Of a stretch of 64,000 nucleotides of DNA, positions 11,274-26,200 are shown piece after piece. The DNA is taken from NCBI GenBank assembly GCA_000934665.2, contig JYFJ02000011.1, positions 62,001 through 126,000 of the forward strand, written 5' to 3'. The notes beneath the pieces are model-generated. The model saw only the letters and a program-made list of their open reading frames with translations, was not told the DNA's origin and ran no database searches. Position 1 is the first letter of the stretch. Each line of letters starts with the position of its first letter. The DNA comes from Catajapyx aquilonaris (Eukaryota). The translations under genes were made by a program, and so were the position numbers.

Positions 11274-14200
11274 CTAGGTTTTCTTAGCACCGCCTTTCTT
11301 AATGGTAGGCTTCTTGGTCTCTTTTTGGTTCAGCGGGGGAAGCTTCCAGGTGCACCCCCGACAGACCTCTCCGTTGTGGGCAGAGTGTCCTAAAATTTTG
11401 CCAAAATGCTCAGAAATTATTTCACGTCACAGGTAAGTCTTAGGGATCTGCGTAACCATTTTAAGAAATACGGAGAAAAGGTACTCTGGCGCTACACAGC
11501 TATCAGAATCAAGGCGAAAGTTGCGAGGGAAACGCCCTTGCTATGGTGCTAATGGTTGTATTGCACCAGAATGCATTTCTTTTCCTAGATTTCTTTGGCA
11601 TACACTAATACATTGTAGGCTTACTGCATACAAAAATGCCCTAGCAAATGAACAAGCAAGTATTATTTTGGTATATAGATCTACTCACCTCGGCGGGCCT
11701 TTGTCGGTTGTTCGTTCATCTTGCAGCATGCGCATCGAGGTTTGTCGGCGACAGACACGTCCGACATGTTCCCCCTGGCCTGAGGTTGGCGCCTGAGGGT
11801 GACTGTGACCTTCCCGGGCGCCTTCTTTAGCAGCACCGGCTTCTCCTTTTCCTCCTTCTCAGGAGCATCCAAGGCGTCGTTCAAAGGCCCCTTCCAGGGT
11901 TCGGGATTGACGTAACTCGGGGCTGGCACGCTTGTCAGGTCATAAATGCCTGCAATTTGTCATGCAAAATGTTGTCATTAATTTCATCTAGCTATATGTC
12001 TATCAAGGAACAAAATTATCGCAATCTATAGCACCATCATGCAGTATTGTTCTTCCCCAAACTTGGGGGGGGAAAAACAGACAATCAGTTGTGCCAATGA
12101 TAAAGCCCTGACAATGCCTTACGCAACAACCTAAACATATTGCATTGTGCATTCCCAGGTGCAGTGTACCAAAAATGGAGCACCGGTAGAGTAACTTGTG
12201 TACTAACCCAAATAGACTACTCCAGCAAGCAAGCAATCACTGTTTGCTTTTCACAGTACATTATCAGACATCAGCGTTTAGAAGACAGGATCATGCGATA
12301 TGAGCATTTCACATCCATAATTTGTGTGGCACAATGCATTGCAAATGCAGGATATGTCATCGACTCATGTCAAAAAATAGCCCAGAGCATTACGGAGTAG
12401 GACGTATCTGGATACACATTGAGAAAAAGGATTTCGAACATACGCTTACTACGTTTCCATGCACGGGATATCCAAAAATAACCCCGATCGGTCACTCCAC
12501 ATTGCACACTACGACAACTCCGTAATCAGAAACAACATTGATTTACGGACACATGAACGTTATTCAACATATTATGAGTTTCACAAATGTATCAGTGGCA
12601 CAAACCAGAAAAGGCACAAGCCATACCACAAATTCACAAGATTCGCCTGGAGCTGGTCATTTCAGTTTAACCGTCCAAAATTGAATCAGAAAGATTTGCC
12701 AATCTCAAAGGAGCATTGCGTGCATTTGAGTTGACCCGGCCGCGTATTACGACGCTGTCATACACCTATGCGATCGCATCGCACTGTGAATAATGGCTTC
12801 ATGCCCTGCTTCCTCGCAACATACTTCCCCGGCACAGCACCTTCATATGAACCCTGTAAAAACTGTGATTACCCGCAATTCTCCTCCCCCGACCCCTCAC
12901 CTCATGATGACCCCTCATTAACTCCCCAAGTTTTTCATGCACAGTCTCCAGACATGATCGATCGTCTTCAATATACAGGACATCTTTTGCCAACAGAAGT
13001 CGTGATTCCAGAGCCAAGCGGATCGTTAGCCCAGCCGAAAAGCACGGCAACACCGTGGCCGAAAAACTTACTGACCCCCGCCCCCTTCCTGAACCCCACG
13101 CTGAAGGACCTCCTCGCATGTAAACCCACTTTCCATGTCAACTACAACTTTTCAATAGCACTGCTAGTGCATGGCTGGGAGGGGTGTTTGTTGCGATGCG
13201 GCAGTCAAACTCCACCAGTGCAGCAGAGGGACAATCATGTGCGACGACGACGGTCGGACGGGGCATCGGAGGCTGACATGCATGGGATCCAGCAGCACGG
13301 TCACATGACCGCGGTCCAAAAATGTGGACGACTCCGGCCGGACAGGTACCATCAACCTGCATGTTAATGAAGGCATTCAGAGGCCCCAGAGGCTGTGCAT
13401 GCAAATTGACGTGTAAAAGGTCGGGAACACGTAAAGTGTGGAACCATTACGCGATACTAAATCGCATTCTGACGGCGTTAATGCCTCCAGTGGTATGCGA
13501 ATTGTGCAATACTTGCATGCCTGTTGTAACACCAGGGAAATGGGGGGTTCACATGGGAGTCGTTGTCTTTGTCTCTGGGGTAGTTGGGATCCACCAATCA
13601 GTGTGGGTCACGCAACAATTGCGTGCCTGGCACTGATTGGTACCACAACGACACCTCTGTGAGTCAGACAAAGGATCAAATAAGCCATTATTTTACTAGC
13701 TACACATTGTCACTGTTGGATCGCATTGAACGTCGCAGTACTCGTTAAAACAGGGTTTTAAAAATATAATGAACGCAAGAATTGAACGGGTTGAGAGATC
13801 CTTATTGCAATATATTGCGACGGACTAATAAAACTACAATGGCGGATATAAAAAATCGCCGAAGGAGCTGCACCTGCGCTCGAAAAATTGGGTCTTCAAA
13901 CTAATGGCAAGTGTGCGTGTCCGTTCGGCTTGAGGCCTGATTGCAATGACACGTTTCTACTTCCATGACGCAGCATTGACGGTCAGAAACTTTTCGCTTC
14001 AAGACCACTGATTGATCCCTTCAGGGTCACTCAATGCGCAAAACGAAAATTATGGAAAATAATTCCAGGTATTTATTTTGACGAACGTGTTGAACTGGTC
14101 GTTCGAGATGGCCAGGTGGACTGTACCTGGTCATCGCTGGTAACCCCATCGTGATGGGAATATGTCGTGAAGGAAATGAATGAATGAATGAATGAATGTG

Positions 14201-17200
14201 TCCCGTAAATGAAATGATCCATCCTTCCTTTAATTTATTTATCCCTCACTTTTGGTAATTTGGCAATACTGCGCAGGAGAGAACTGTATTTAATCCGTGG
14301 TGCAATATTCCAATATTAGTAATTGTAATTTTGCAGGCACTCCAGGTAATAACATCCCTTACAAGAATGAAAACACCAGCTGAAGGAGACGATCTGGTTC
14401 GACTCTGGCTTGAAGTAGGCAACATGGCCAGGCTGGAGCAAGCCCTTCTCGATGGACACGGTCATTCCCTTCGGAGGAAATCCTCCCGCATACCCAGAAT
14501 CCGAAAGTTCCTCCGCCGAGTCCCGCATTATCAGGTGTGGCACTGCTGCACTTGCTTGAAATCGCACAAATGTGCTAACTGCCTGAAATTGCAGGCTCGA
14601 ATCTACCTGATCCACTGCGCCGCATTCCAAGGAGACCTGAAGAGCGTCAGAGGACTGATGGACCGAAAGGCATGGGGCATCGCCCGAGACCCTTCAGGAA
14701 GGACCCCTTTACACAAGGCAATTATGTCCAACCAAGTGCATGTGGTCCGATACCTCGTGTCTAGGTTCAGAAGCTCAATCGAAGCTAAAGATCACGTAAG
14801 TCCCCCTAATAACACATGTCGCATTTTTCGCATCACATTCCCTATTAAGGTTGCATACGAAGCCGTCCCTAATTACGCCAGTACTCAAATTACAGGGTCT
14901 GTGCTCCATTAAAACGGGTATAAGGGAAGTGCACCCAATCGATCTAGCGTGCCTTTGAGGCCGGCTTTGTTTTCCGGGTCAACGGGGCAAAGGACTGTGG
15001 ACTTTCACGGGGATAATGATCCGTATATATATGCTGGGGAGTTGACCTAGCCTGTTGCGCGCTCATTTATTAATTATTGTTATTTTTGGGCAGCGCGGCA
15101 GGACACCTTTGATGTATGCGGCGGCGTTGGCCGGACACAGCAGCGATACGGACGCCTACGACACTCTTCTGGAATCGGGTGCCAATGTCGCTACCACTGA
15201 CAAGGTGCGTGACTAAAAGCGTCAACATTAAAAAGTCCCCTTTTAATTGCCAATTAGCATAATGCGTCATCTGAGACAAACTTGCTAATTGTCCGAAAGG
15301 AGAAAAATCTCGTCTTTACAAACATCTCGCTCTTTTCTGCTGTCCTTATCATGCATAATATTAGTGCAGAATATTCTTATCTTTCAACAGCTGGGACGAT
15401 CGGTTGATTACTACCGAAACAATGCTCAAGAATTCTGGTTCCACTTGGAAGACGCGATCTCATGGCACCCATGGATTGAACATTGGGCTAATAAAAACTT
15501 CTACGACATGCCAGGTACAGCAATAGCATTCAATAAACCACATTACAGGCGCAAGTGATGGTGACCAACAATGTTTCGGTCAGCATTTGAAGGGTCGGGG
15601 TCGCCCTGAATAATGTTGTAAGTGACATGGGTTCCAATAATCACTTACAACATTTTTCGGGGCGACCCTTCATTTATTGTCATCCATAACTGTTATTACG
15701 TATTTTGATATCTGGTAATATCTAGTAGCCTAACTGACATGAATCACAGCCCGCACCTGACAATTTGTAATCAATATTAGTGTAATATTTCCATGTAATT
15801 GTCTTCTTGTTAGAGTCACCGCCAGTGAGAGGACAAATACGCCAAATGATTCACACGCAAGATTTCGAGTCTATGGAATGGCTTGTTGTAATGGGATTCG
15901 GAGATCGTTTGGTGGGAGAAACTTCTGCAAATGAGGACGTCTTCCGATTTCTAGTGGATGTACCAAATGTACTCGTGAGTATTCATATGAATAAACATAT
16001 CAGAGGTACAAAATATATTCATTAAGTAAATCTGGGCAATGTTCCTAATGGAAAAGTCCATAATTTATATGGTACGTCATAATTCATGTGAAGGCTTATT
16101 TTAGAGCACCAAATTATGTTGCAAGCCATTAATTGCCAACATCTCCCACGAAAGTGTCGATGGTACTCGTCTATAACAGCCCGTCTAAAATTGGCCGATG
16201 TGACAAGGAAGTCAAGGAGCTAAAATAGACCCCCTCCTCGCCATCAGAAGCGTCATGCAATTTGTGGGTGATCTTTAACCTTCTTCGAACACCAAAGTGT
16301 AACAAACGTTTCTCTCTAAAGAACACCATCGCAATGCTTCACCTGGCGGCTAGAATGGGTGATCTGGAAGCCACTGCGAACCTGCTTCTGTCACCTCAAA
16401 TGGCGTTCTCAAGAGATGCGCACGGGGCATGTGCGTTACACAAGGGAGTTCTCTTCAACCACATGCCGGTTGTCCGGCATATATTGAAGCACTTTCCAGA
16501 CACGATACACGCCAAAGATGTGGTAAATATTTTCATCATTTTACGTGCGACATTACTTGCTGATCTCTTCACTTATTCCCTTTAGGTTGGACGAACGCCA
16601 TTACATTACGCAGCGGGAATGGAAGACACCGGACTTATTTATCGGATCCTCACCCAACAGGGAGCAGATGAGGCTATAACGGACAAGGTGAGCTGTTCTC
16701 TCTGAGGCATTACTGATTCCGGAGCAATGAAAACAGGTACAGTCAAATGCTCTGTATGCCGCAAACCTAATGGTGCACAATTGCATGAGTCACGTGATCG
16801 TACGTGTATATTCAGGAAATTATTCCTCCACAGAAAATTCCGTTAAAATTTTAGCAGAGAGCCGAAGCGACCCCTGGCCTCTTATCAATGTTGCTAACCA
16901 AATAAGCTCCACACAAAAGGCCTCCTGTATCATCCCAAGGGAGTCATTATAGCAGGTGCACATGCAAGATGTTTGACTGCTTATAACGCGCAAAACGGGG
17001 ATTAGGCCTAATGACTACAACAGCCGTGACGTTGAACGTCAAAAGCATGACATTGTCTGCCTAAGCTACGCTGTAAAAAAAAAATACGATATCACGAAGT
17101 TGATGTTAGGAGTGGAAACGTTGCCGTAGGTTCATTCCATATTCCCTGAAGACTGACTACTATACGTACAGTATACGCGCATATCAACGTACTCACTTTG

Positions 17201-20200
17201 CAACGCAAATACACCGTAGTTCGGTCATAAATAGCCATCGCAAAGTGTGCCAGTTTGTTCTTCCTAGTTGATAAAGCAAAGCTCACGAACGGTTTCTGAA
17301 ATTTTGTTATGAAATGCACGGATGCATATACACAATGCTGGTATAAACCTGAGTAAAACTGAACATATTACTGGCTGCATATGCTTTTTAGCCTCAAATT
17401 ATACAAGTATCAGAATAATGTAGAATTGGCCCTATACCCGAAGCAAACGGATGAATCCATGCAGCAATATTTCATAAAATAACTCATGCAATATCTTCGC
17501 ACCAAAATTGCAAAATTCATCAGTACCACAACTTCCTTCACACCAAGAGGGCCTCACGATAAGAATCGCATTAGGTCTGTCCAAATACTGTAACACCGGT
17601 TCGAAGCCGGTATCGCGCAGGCTGTGGTTAGGCCAAAGTGTCGATCAACACCGGCTCAACCACCACGTGCGCTGTGTACCAACCGTCCAATAATAATCCC
17701 CCCCAAGCACCTCCAATATCTTAAATTCCGATCACAACCAGACCGCAAAGAGGTTTGTTCTCGGTCGTTGTTAGCAACGGGTCAGAACAAATCGATTGCC
17801 CCGGGGCGTGGATGACGTCACGTGGGAAGGGTCACCCTCCCACGTGACTCTGACATCCCTGTCAGGCGCGGGACACTTGGCACTCGCCACCCGGAAGACC
17901 GTGGTTTCCGTCCCACGGAGGAGGGAAGGAAATGGACTTCTGCAGTGCCCTGCCCGCCTTGCAATACAGTTTTCTCCTCCGGACACATCCTGCAATTACC
18001 GATAAGTAATTGCCTCCCCCGACGCAACATGGCCACTGGAGCCTTCCGGTGTGGTGAAATTCCTGCCTTGTCCTCGGACCACTATTTGCGACACCTGATG
18101 TAAGCACTTTTTTTTCGACAATCGTCGGACTCATTACTAAGCTAATAATAATAATAATTGATTGTGGTTACGTGTATGAGCTCGTTTAGCTGTGACACTT
18201 ATATTTCTTCGCAGGTTTTCACTTGGGTCTTTAGCCCACAATGTAGGATTGAAATACAGTACGGTAGTTACCATCTTTCATGGCAGGGTTGTTCAATAAT
18301 TACCGTCTGATTAGGCACATAGCTATTGTCCCGCGAAGGCATTGACCATATTGTCTGTGTGGATGACCCGACAGTCTATGAAGAGTGTCGGTGTAATCGC
18401 CAATATCACGGCAGACACATGCTAGAATTACACGCTTGGAGAACTGTACGTCCACACACCTCGCCTGAAATCTAATCACGAAGAAAGCAGCTCATCGTGT
18501 TATCACGTTAAATTCTGAATTTCGTTTGTAAGTGAGATACTCGGAACATGTTAAAACTCATTGTTGAACAGGAGGAAATAATGTGACTGTTACTAACGAT
18601 GTTATCATAAAATGGTCTACCAATTTTTTTCCTAGCGCACAAATTCATGCCAAAAGCATTATCTCATAGAAGGTTTAAACACACGTAAGCCTTTACTACC
18701 CGTTAAAGCCCCGCCTCGTACAGTACAATGAACAGGTCTTCGCCAAATGTTCGCCTAAATTATTCAGCAGTGTCCTCTGTACATTCTGTGCACTGGCATT
18801 CAGTAGGTCTGGCAATTTATAATGTAATATTTATTGCTCCCACAGTGCATCTATACGCTTGACAGGTTTTGAAGCTCTGAAATCACTCGACAGATGTTTC
18901 AGGTGAATAATGCAGATGAAGCCTGCGAAGAAAAAAAAAATCGGTAAATTTACAATGGATCAATGGAGGGGATTCCGCTGCACTATAAATCACGCAGCTG
19001 ATGCACGCAACCATCATCCATCACTCTTTCATCAATATACGAATCACCCATCACATGTATGATACCTAATTTGATTCTACCATACGCGACACATGCCTTG
19101 TGGCAGTGACCTAATTTACAGTAATGCGAGAAGTAATCACTGAAAGTGAAGTGATAGAGGCGCAATCCTTAATGGATTTTGGCCCAATATTTGTCTACAT
19201 TTGCTACGAGTGTATCGAATGAAAAAATGAGACAATTTACCTTGTCCGCAAGATCATACCTGTATGCAGAATTTCGCTCACCAATTTTACAAAAAGTACC
19301 GTAACTATCCAAAAAAGCCATATAGAGGACTTATGGTTGCATTATGCTTCGTTACAATATGTCAAAACTTCTTTGACAGATGATACGTTAGGCACTTATT
19401 CAGAAACCAAATGTGAAGATGCCTTTAAAATCATTCGTAATTGCAAGTCTCAAAAATTACTCTACAATGATCTGCTATGTTGAAATACTGAAAGGGGCTG
19501 TCGTGTTTCACGTAAGCATATAATTCATTATGCCCCAGTGTTAAAGGCTTCCTGACGTGTCAAAACTGCCACAATGCCATGATACTCGGAAGAACACGGA
19601 TCGAGTGGCAGTCAACAAGTAACGAGGTCAAGAACAACGGTATACTGTGGACAAGTTTCATGCGACAATGAATGAATCATGAAAATGTGGTAAATACAAA
19701 AGTAGGGCAAAAAGTCAATCACGCGAAGAACAACGAGAACGCCTTACGGTCAACTGTCTTTTGAATATTCCAGGAACACTGTCCAATATAACCTGGAAAC
19801 CCAATTACACGCCAACTTTGTCCTCAATGCTAGTCTGAACGAAAATTTACGTCGGTTGTACTGTACATTTCCTAATCGTATAGACCTAGATAATAGATAT
19901 GGAGGATTTAAAAAAATTGACTCTAAAATTCGCATGAAACTCATACCATATACAGAGTCGTGTGTTTCGTCAATCTCAAACATCGAAAAAGACAAACGAA
20001 ATATTTGACTAGTGGTTTTCTATCCTGATTAGCTGTAAATATTATGTCGAGTGCATTCCATTATTATTAATTAGTTCAGAACCCAATGAATTTTAGCGAC
20101 AGCTTCACAGTAAAGCATGCTGTTGGGGAACGGAAAATCTCCCTGGAACAAAGTACTCCTAGCAAGAAGATTAATTGCGAAGGTAAGCATTATGATGCCA

Positions 20201-23200
20201 CGTAGAGCGATCGTTTAGGCCTTGTCATCAACTGTACAGTAATGTATCTTAGAACATTAGATTACACGCACGTATTCCGATTCTCGTAGTGTAATTAAGC
20301 CAGCTAGACATTCAAGTCGGCAAATATGTTAATTACTGCTCAGTGCATCCGTAAAACGTGTTCAGTGAATAATAACGAAGACTCATATTTGTTCGCACGT
20401 CCTGTAATCCTCATAATATATTCTTTCGGCACCCATCCTACAGTACTCCTATCGATTCGATACATAAAGCTTGACAGTACCACGTAATCGCTTCCGGACA
20501 GTACCAAATGACATCCCTATACATGTATTGCTATTCCCCCCACACCTCCCAAAAAACAAAGCATTCGAATTAAAGTCTTAATGAGCGCTAATAGGCGCAT
20601 TGCCCAATGTCTGGGCCATCGGATCAATGTCACAGGGCTGATTAACATGCGTGCTTCCCGCGACATGCAAACGTGGGATTGGTTGAGCGCATGATAATAA
20701 GTGATTGGGTGGGTGGGGAGGCTCGGTGGGGTAAAGTTCTCCCTGATTCGGCCCCCACTTGGTACCACCGGGCGTTAAAGGTTCGATGCAACGTTCCGGC
20801 GCGTAATACGTGTAGAGGCCCCAGCCAGTAGTTAACCAAACAAGAGGTAGCCAAGGTCCTCCCCAACGTGCAAAACTGCCCAAGGGATCGATCAGGTGGC
20901 CTCTTTCTCTCATTTGTGCCCCAATCAATCAGTCTATAGTAGCTGCTGCATTAGAGTAGGGGGTGATGGAATGGTGTAGAAGTGTTATTGTAGCAGTGGC
21001 AGAAGCAAGGGGGGAGGGAGGGGGTGGAGAGAAGAAAAGAAAATAGAAAAACCACGGCATGGCATCTCCTGGGACCGTCAGCCAATACTTTCCTTCTCCG
21101 CAGCATGGTCGGACGGGCAAGCACTACCTGTACTCTCCGGAGGACCTGAACGCCAGCCTTCTCCGGGAGAACACCACGGAGATGATGGCCAGCAGGCGAA
21201 GGGAAGTCAAGGCCGCGGTGCCTTTGCAAAACGGACTCTACGTCCACTCCAGTCCACCCAAAGGTACGTACGTCGGATTCTTGCCAACATTCTTGCATTT
21301 ATCGGTGAGTAACCGGTCAAGCCGCTAAATGGTATAACTATAATAGCCTTGCATGTAGGTTTAATAATTAACGATATTGCCCAGGAAATATGTAGAATAT
21401 TCCGTAACACGAAGAAGGCGGAATGAACTGAACTTACTGTAACTGACCGGCATATCTATTCCTTGCATCGAATGCTTAGCTTACACTTAAGTACGCAGAG
21501 CACATGAATTCAACAATGTCTCTACAGCATTGCATTTTAAATGCGACAAGAAACAGGAAGTTTATTCACACAAGATTTTTCCCATATATTCTGCCACATG
21601 ATTACTTGATGCAAGCTCATGTAGTCTATACTGCCTTTATGAAGCACATGAACCGATCCGGCTGGCCGGCAGCACAGCAAAAGTTACGTTTGACAAAAGC
21701 TTTAAAGCTTTAGCTTTTGTGCCAGAACTCCCGGGAGAATCCCACGTAAAAGATGGCCTTTCATGCCGTAGATACAGTAATAATAACAGGATACGATTGT
21801 ATTCGGCAATTTGCTGTTGCTCGTTTTACAAGTTCTCTTGAGGCTCACTTGAACCGCTCGCGATCGCCGTATTTCTTTCAAGAGCATAGCCCGAAAGTGA
21901 CACACCGCATGACAAAAATGCTCAGGCTAAGACCTAATGAGGCATATTCACGAGTCTGCACCAGTAAGGAATGCATTTGATTTCACAAAATCGAGCCAGA
22001 GCTGAAAGCTCGGCTGAAAGCTTGATATCCTCCTAAAAATCACGTGAAATGTACAATTGTCACATTTCCATGAAGAATTACGGCAGAGTTGCGTTCCCTT
22101 TTATCTCTATTCCCTCTCAAGTTATCCGTCCAGTCTATTGCAGATGGCAAAGCAATATAGTTACTGGCATCCATGTACGTGGCAAGTCACAAGCTCTACT
22201 ACTAACTAGTTTTATCTTTCTGGACACCCTAACTTGAATAACTCCATTCTCATAACATGCAACCGGTTTACGCCTCCTGCTAGAAGCTCATCCTGGAAGT
22301 CACGCCGCCATGTGAACAAGAGAGGCAGGCGTGGTTGCTCAGAAGAGTCAGGATAAAAAGCATTTTTAATTAAAATGCTTTTTATCCCGACTCTTCTGGG
22401 CAACCACGCCTGCCAAACGAGGAAGACTATGCCAGATAATATTATGACGATGCTATTAAAATATTATCAGGCATAGTCATCCTCGTTAAATTAAAGAGCA
22501 AACAAAAGCTCGACAGTGGCCCCGTGTAGTTAGCTAAACCATGCTGCAGGTCATTGCACTTGCACCTCGTCTTAGTGGAAGTGCAACCAAAATAACAACC
22601 ACTCCATGCAGACAATCACTGATACGATCAGCGTGCGTATATTACATCCGCCAGGCGAATTACGGTTATGGAATGGGGTAATGAAAATGTAATTATATCA
22701 TACTACTGCCCGATGTGAGCAAGCATGTATCGCAGAATTGATAAAAGATGTTGAGGAGCAGAACAAATTCCAAGAACTCCCCTATACAGGCTGGCCTAAT
22801 TCTGAAAAATTCATAAAATTTCTAATTTCGATCATAAATGAAGTTTCAAGACTTACATACGTACAGTACGTCGGGTAGATATGTAATAGGATTCATTTCT
22901 CATTATTTTGAGAAGTACAAGAAGCGTACAAATGACAAAAATGAAATAATAATGACAATGTGTATAAATATATATTGGTGTGTTCAAATGAAACATAAAG
23001 CGAGGCAATATCTCAGGAGCTATTTGTCTCAGCTGAGTGCTAGTGGTATCTCTGAGTAAGCACTTGCATGGCTAATTTTCATGCAGAGTAGTTACTATAG
23101 TCAGCATGCATGTAGTGGGCAGGAGAGCATTTTATGCAAGTCTCCCAGGGCTATATGGATTCGTCCAAGCAGGCACAATTCACCATCGTCCCTTTTCCTC

Positions 23201-26200
23201 ATCAAGGAAGGAACTTCACCAGCAGTGGACATTGTCCTCTCGCAAGGTCCTACATGCACACTCGTACGGACAAAAAATTCCATGCACCTTTTGAGGAGAG
23301 TCTTGCGGTTGAATCAGACATTCCCATGTACCTTCTGCATCCAATGGACAATGTCCCCTGGTGAAGAATTGCTTTCTTCCTATGAGGAAAAAGGATGATG
23401 GCGAGTTGTGCATGAATGGACGAATCCATAGCCCTGGGAGACTTGCATAAAATGCTCTCCTGCCCACTACATGTATACAGGGTGTATCTGAACTCAGTGC
23501 CCCGACGTATATGACTGCCTTCCTAGCCACCAGAGGATCGATTTAAATATAGGAGTCATTATGTCTGGCCGCCGCATTGCTGAGATAAATGCCCGCAAAC
23601 ATGTAGTACAAAATATCCTGTCGGTTAGGCCACCCATCGAACCCTCCCCCAATCAGAAGGCTCTGGAAGGTCTGGGGGCAGGACTTTGTTGGTTTGTTGC
23701 CCACAGGTGGTAAGGCCTCTTTGGCTAGTTACACCAGAAAATTCTATTTAAAAGTCAGAAGGAGCGATTATGCAAAAATCGCTAAAGCGTGTATCTCAGT
23801 AATGAGGTTGCCCAGACATAATGACTCCTCTACATAAGGTGATCCTCCGGTGGCTAGGAAGGCAGTCATATACGTCGGGGCACTGAGTTCAGATACACCC
23901 TGTATACTGACTACTTATGTACACTACTCTGCATGAAAATAAGCCGTGAAGTGCCTACTCAGAGATACCACTAGCACTCAGCTGAGACAAATAGCGCAGG
24001 AGATATTGCCACACTTTATGATTCATTTGAACACACCTATTACAAGAAATCGTAGGCTGAATTCTCCAGACGAATATAGAAATATTTTCCGAGTATTTTG
24101 CGTCAACAGCTTCCAATTTTAGGGCGTATTTAATCTCGGTTAATAGTCAAGTTGTAATCGTATGGTTTATTCTCAAGCATCGGCAACTGTACCATATCAT
24201 CAATGGAGCCAATTACGATGGTGCTACTTAAAGTTTTCACAGGCGCTACAGAATCTAAAACAGATTACTGTATTGCATTTCAAAGTGCCTTAGGCTACAA
24301 GAGTGTAACATGCCACTGATGCAATAGTATCCTGTATGCCCTTTAGGTTTAACAACAGTGAACCCAAATACAGCAACATGGACACCGTTCATTAGACACG
24401 GTTGCCTTAGTAAATTAGAAACAAATCTATGCGTCATATTTTATGATTGTAATGCGCTGAATTATAAATGTACATAGAGATCAATAGCCATCAAAGACGG
24501 GTGATATCCATGTAGTGTATGGCACATTCTATAAGATGAGTCGGTCACGTACGGGTGCGACCCACAGCAGTCCTACATAATACAGTACATATAGCCTTTT
24601 CAGCAATAGTTCAAAATCTCTCGCGCACATCGTGAAGAAAAGCTCATCCGAAGCGCAGTTTAATTCTCAAAAACTGGTTATTTCGGCAGAGGAACGTGAC
24701 CACGAATAACGGGGCACGAAGGTGAATCATCCCGCACGCCAATATATCGAATCGTAGTGTTGACATCATTGCAGCAGGCAACGGCGCTGTCGCGAAATTC
24801 CCGGTAGAGTGAATTGAAAATTTGTTGGAAAGATAAGCCCGCATATAAAAACACCGTGCAACCGTGGAACCGGAACCGGATCCCCTAGGTGAATACTGCA
24901 GAAAAAATCAAAGGTCTGAGTTATTTTCTCACGCGCAGACTTCAACGTGAATGAATACAATGCAAACGGTCGGTGGAATTGCATTCACAAACATATTATG
25001 TTGATGTTTTGCAAGAACTGTAGTTGCAGATAATGAAGCATATAAGTGGAGCTTAACGCACTGATATACACATCAGGAGGGTATAAAAATATATGTTTTT
25101 CACAAAAATCAATTCCTAATTTACACGATTTTTTTGCCTCTCTATTAATATTTGAGTGTGTTATTCTAACCAATCTCATTGGTCTCAAGTAGTCGAAATC
25201 GCTGCACCTCCCCCCCCCCTGCACCTGTTGTGGCGAAACTGTCCTGCTGTAATATTAACTTGCTTTCCACTCCAGTTCTTCAGCTCAATTCGAGCACCAT
25301 CAGGAAGTGGTTGAGGTCAGGAGACACAGAAAAATTGGAACAAGTGGTTCTGGAGGGACAAGGTAACAAACTCATGGGAGAACACGTTACCGACCAGAGG
25401 GTGCGCTCCTTCCTCAAGACAGTTCCTGGATACATGGTAAGCCCCTATAAAATTAGAGTGTTTGCCCACTCTCTTGCAGAGATTAAAAACCCAATTTCTA
25501 AGTGTTTGCTGTGTTCTGAAATTAGCCGGTTGTTCACGTAGCAGTAATCCGCACTGGCAGAGATTAAGGGACTTCCTCCTTTGTTAAAAAATACAGTCAT
25601 ATACAGGAAGATGTCTGGTTTTATCTGACACCATATAACACTATACGTTTATTGCACTGCAGTAGAAAAACTCGTCATGATAAATAATACCACATCGATA
25701 AATAATACTGTACGAATTAATATGATTTTTATCTCGTCATTAGGCCAAAATAGAAATGTTGCACGAAGCGGTAGCAAAAGGGAACCTTAGAGAAACCCAA
25801 TCGCTACTCGATCGACGGAAACTGGCTTCTTCCAAGGACCAATCAGGGCAAGGGCTTTTACACAAAGCAGTCTCCAACAGCCACAAGTCCATAGCTGAGT
25901 GGATGGTCAAGAAGTATCCAGAGACTATCACGGTCAAGGATAACGTAAGTCCAGCACCACCAAATTGTCTTTAATTACTGGTTCTCTTTTTTTTTTTGCT
26001 AGCATTTACTATCAATATTATTACTCCGCAAAAATATTTATAATGTATAGCTTTCGCATTGAACAAAATCATTCAGTTAAGAAATGAAAGCACTGAAAAT
26101 CTTAAAGTTTCATTCCTGTTTAATTGGAGATTTTTCTGCAGACTACAAATTATTTCAAAATCATAGCCACACCAAGTTTATTGGCGACATTGCGGACATG

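Noticed and set aside
11625..11640. Possible 16-nt micro-exon of CCDC34 (AG/GTAAG flanked)
   Set aside because: Not needed: direct splicing 11689->11389 is in frame to TAG 11274. The flanking intron would be only 48 nt.
12768..13404. 199-aa ORF and overlapping ORFs inside the large intron
   Set aside because: No recognisable motif and no consistent exon chain. A small gene or a decayed element cannot be excluded.
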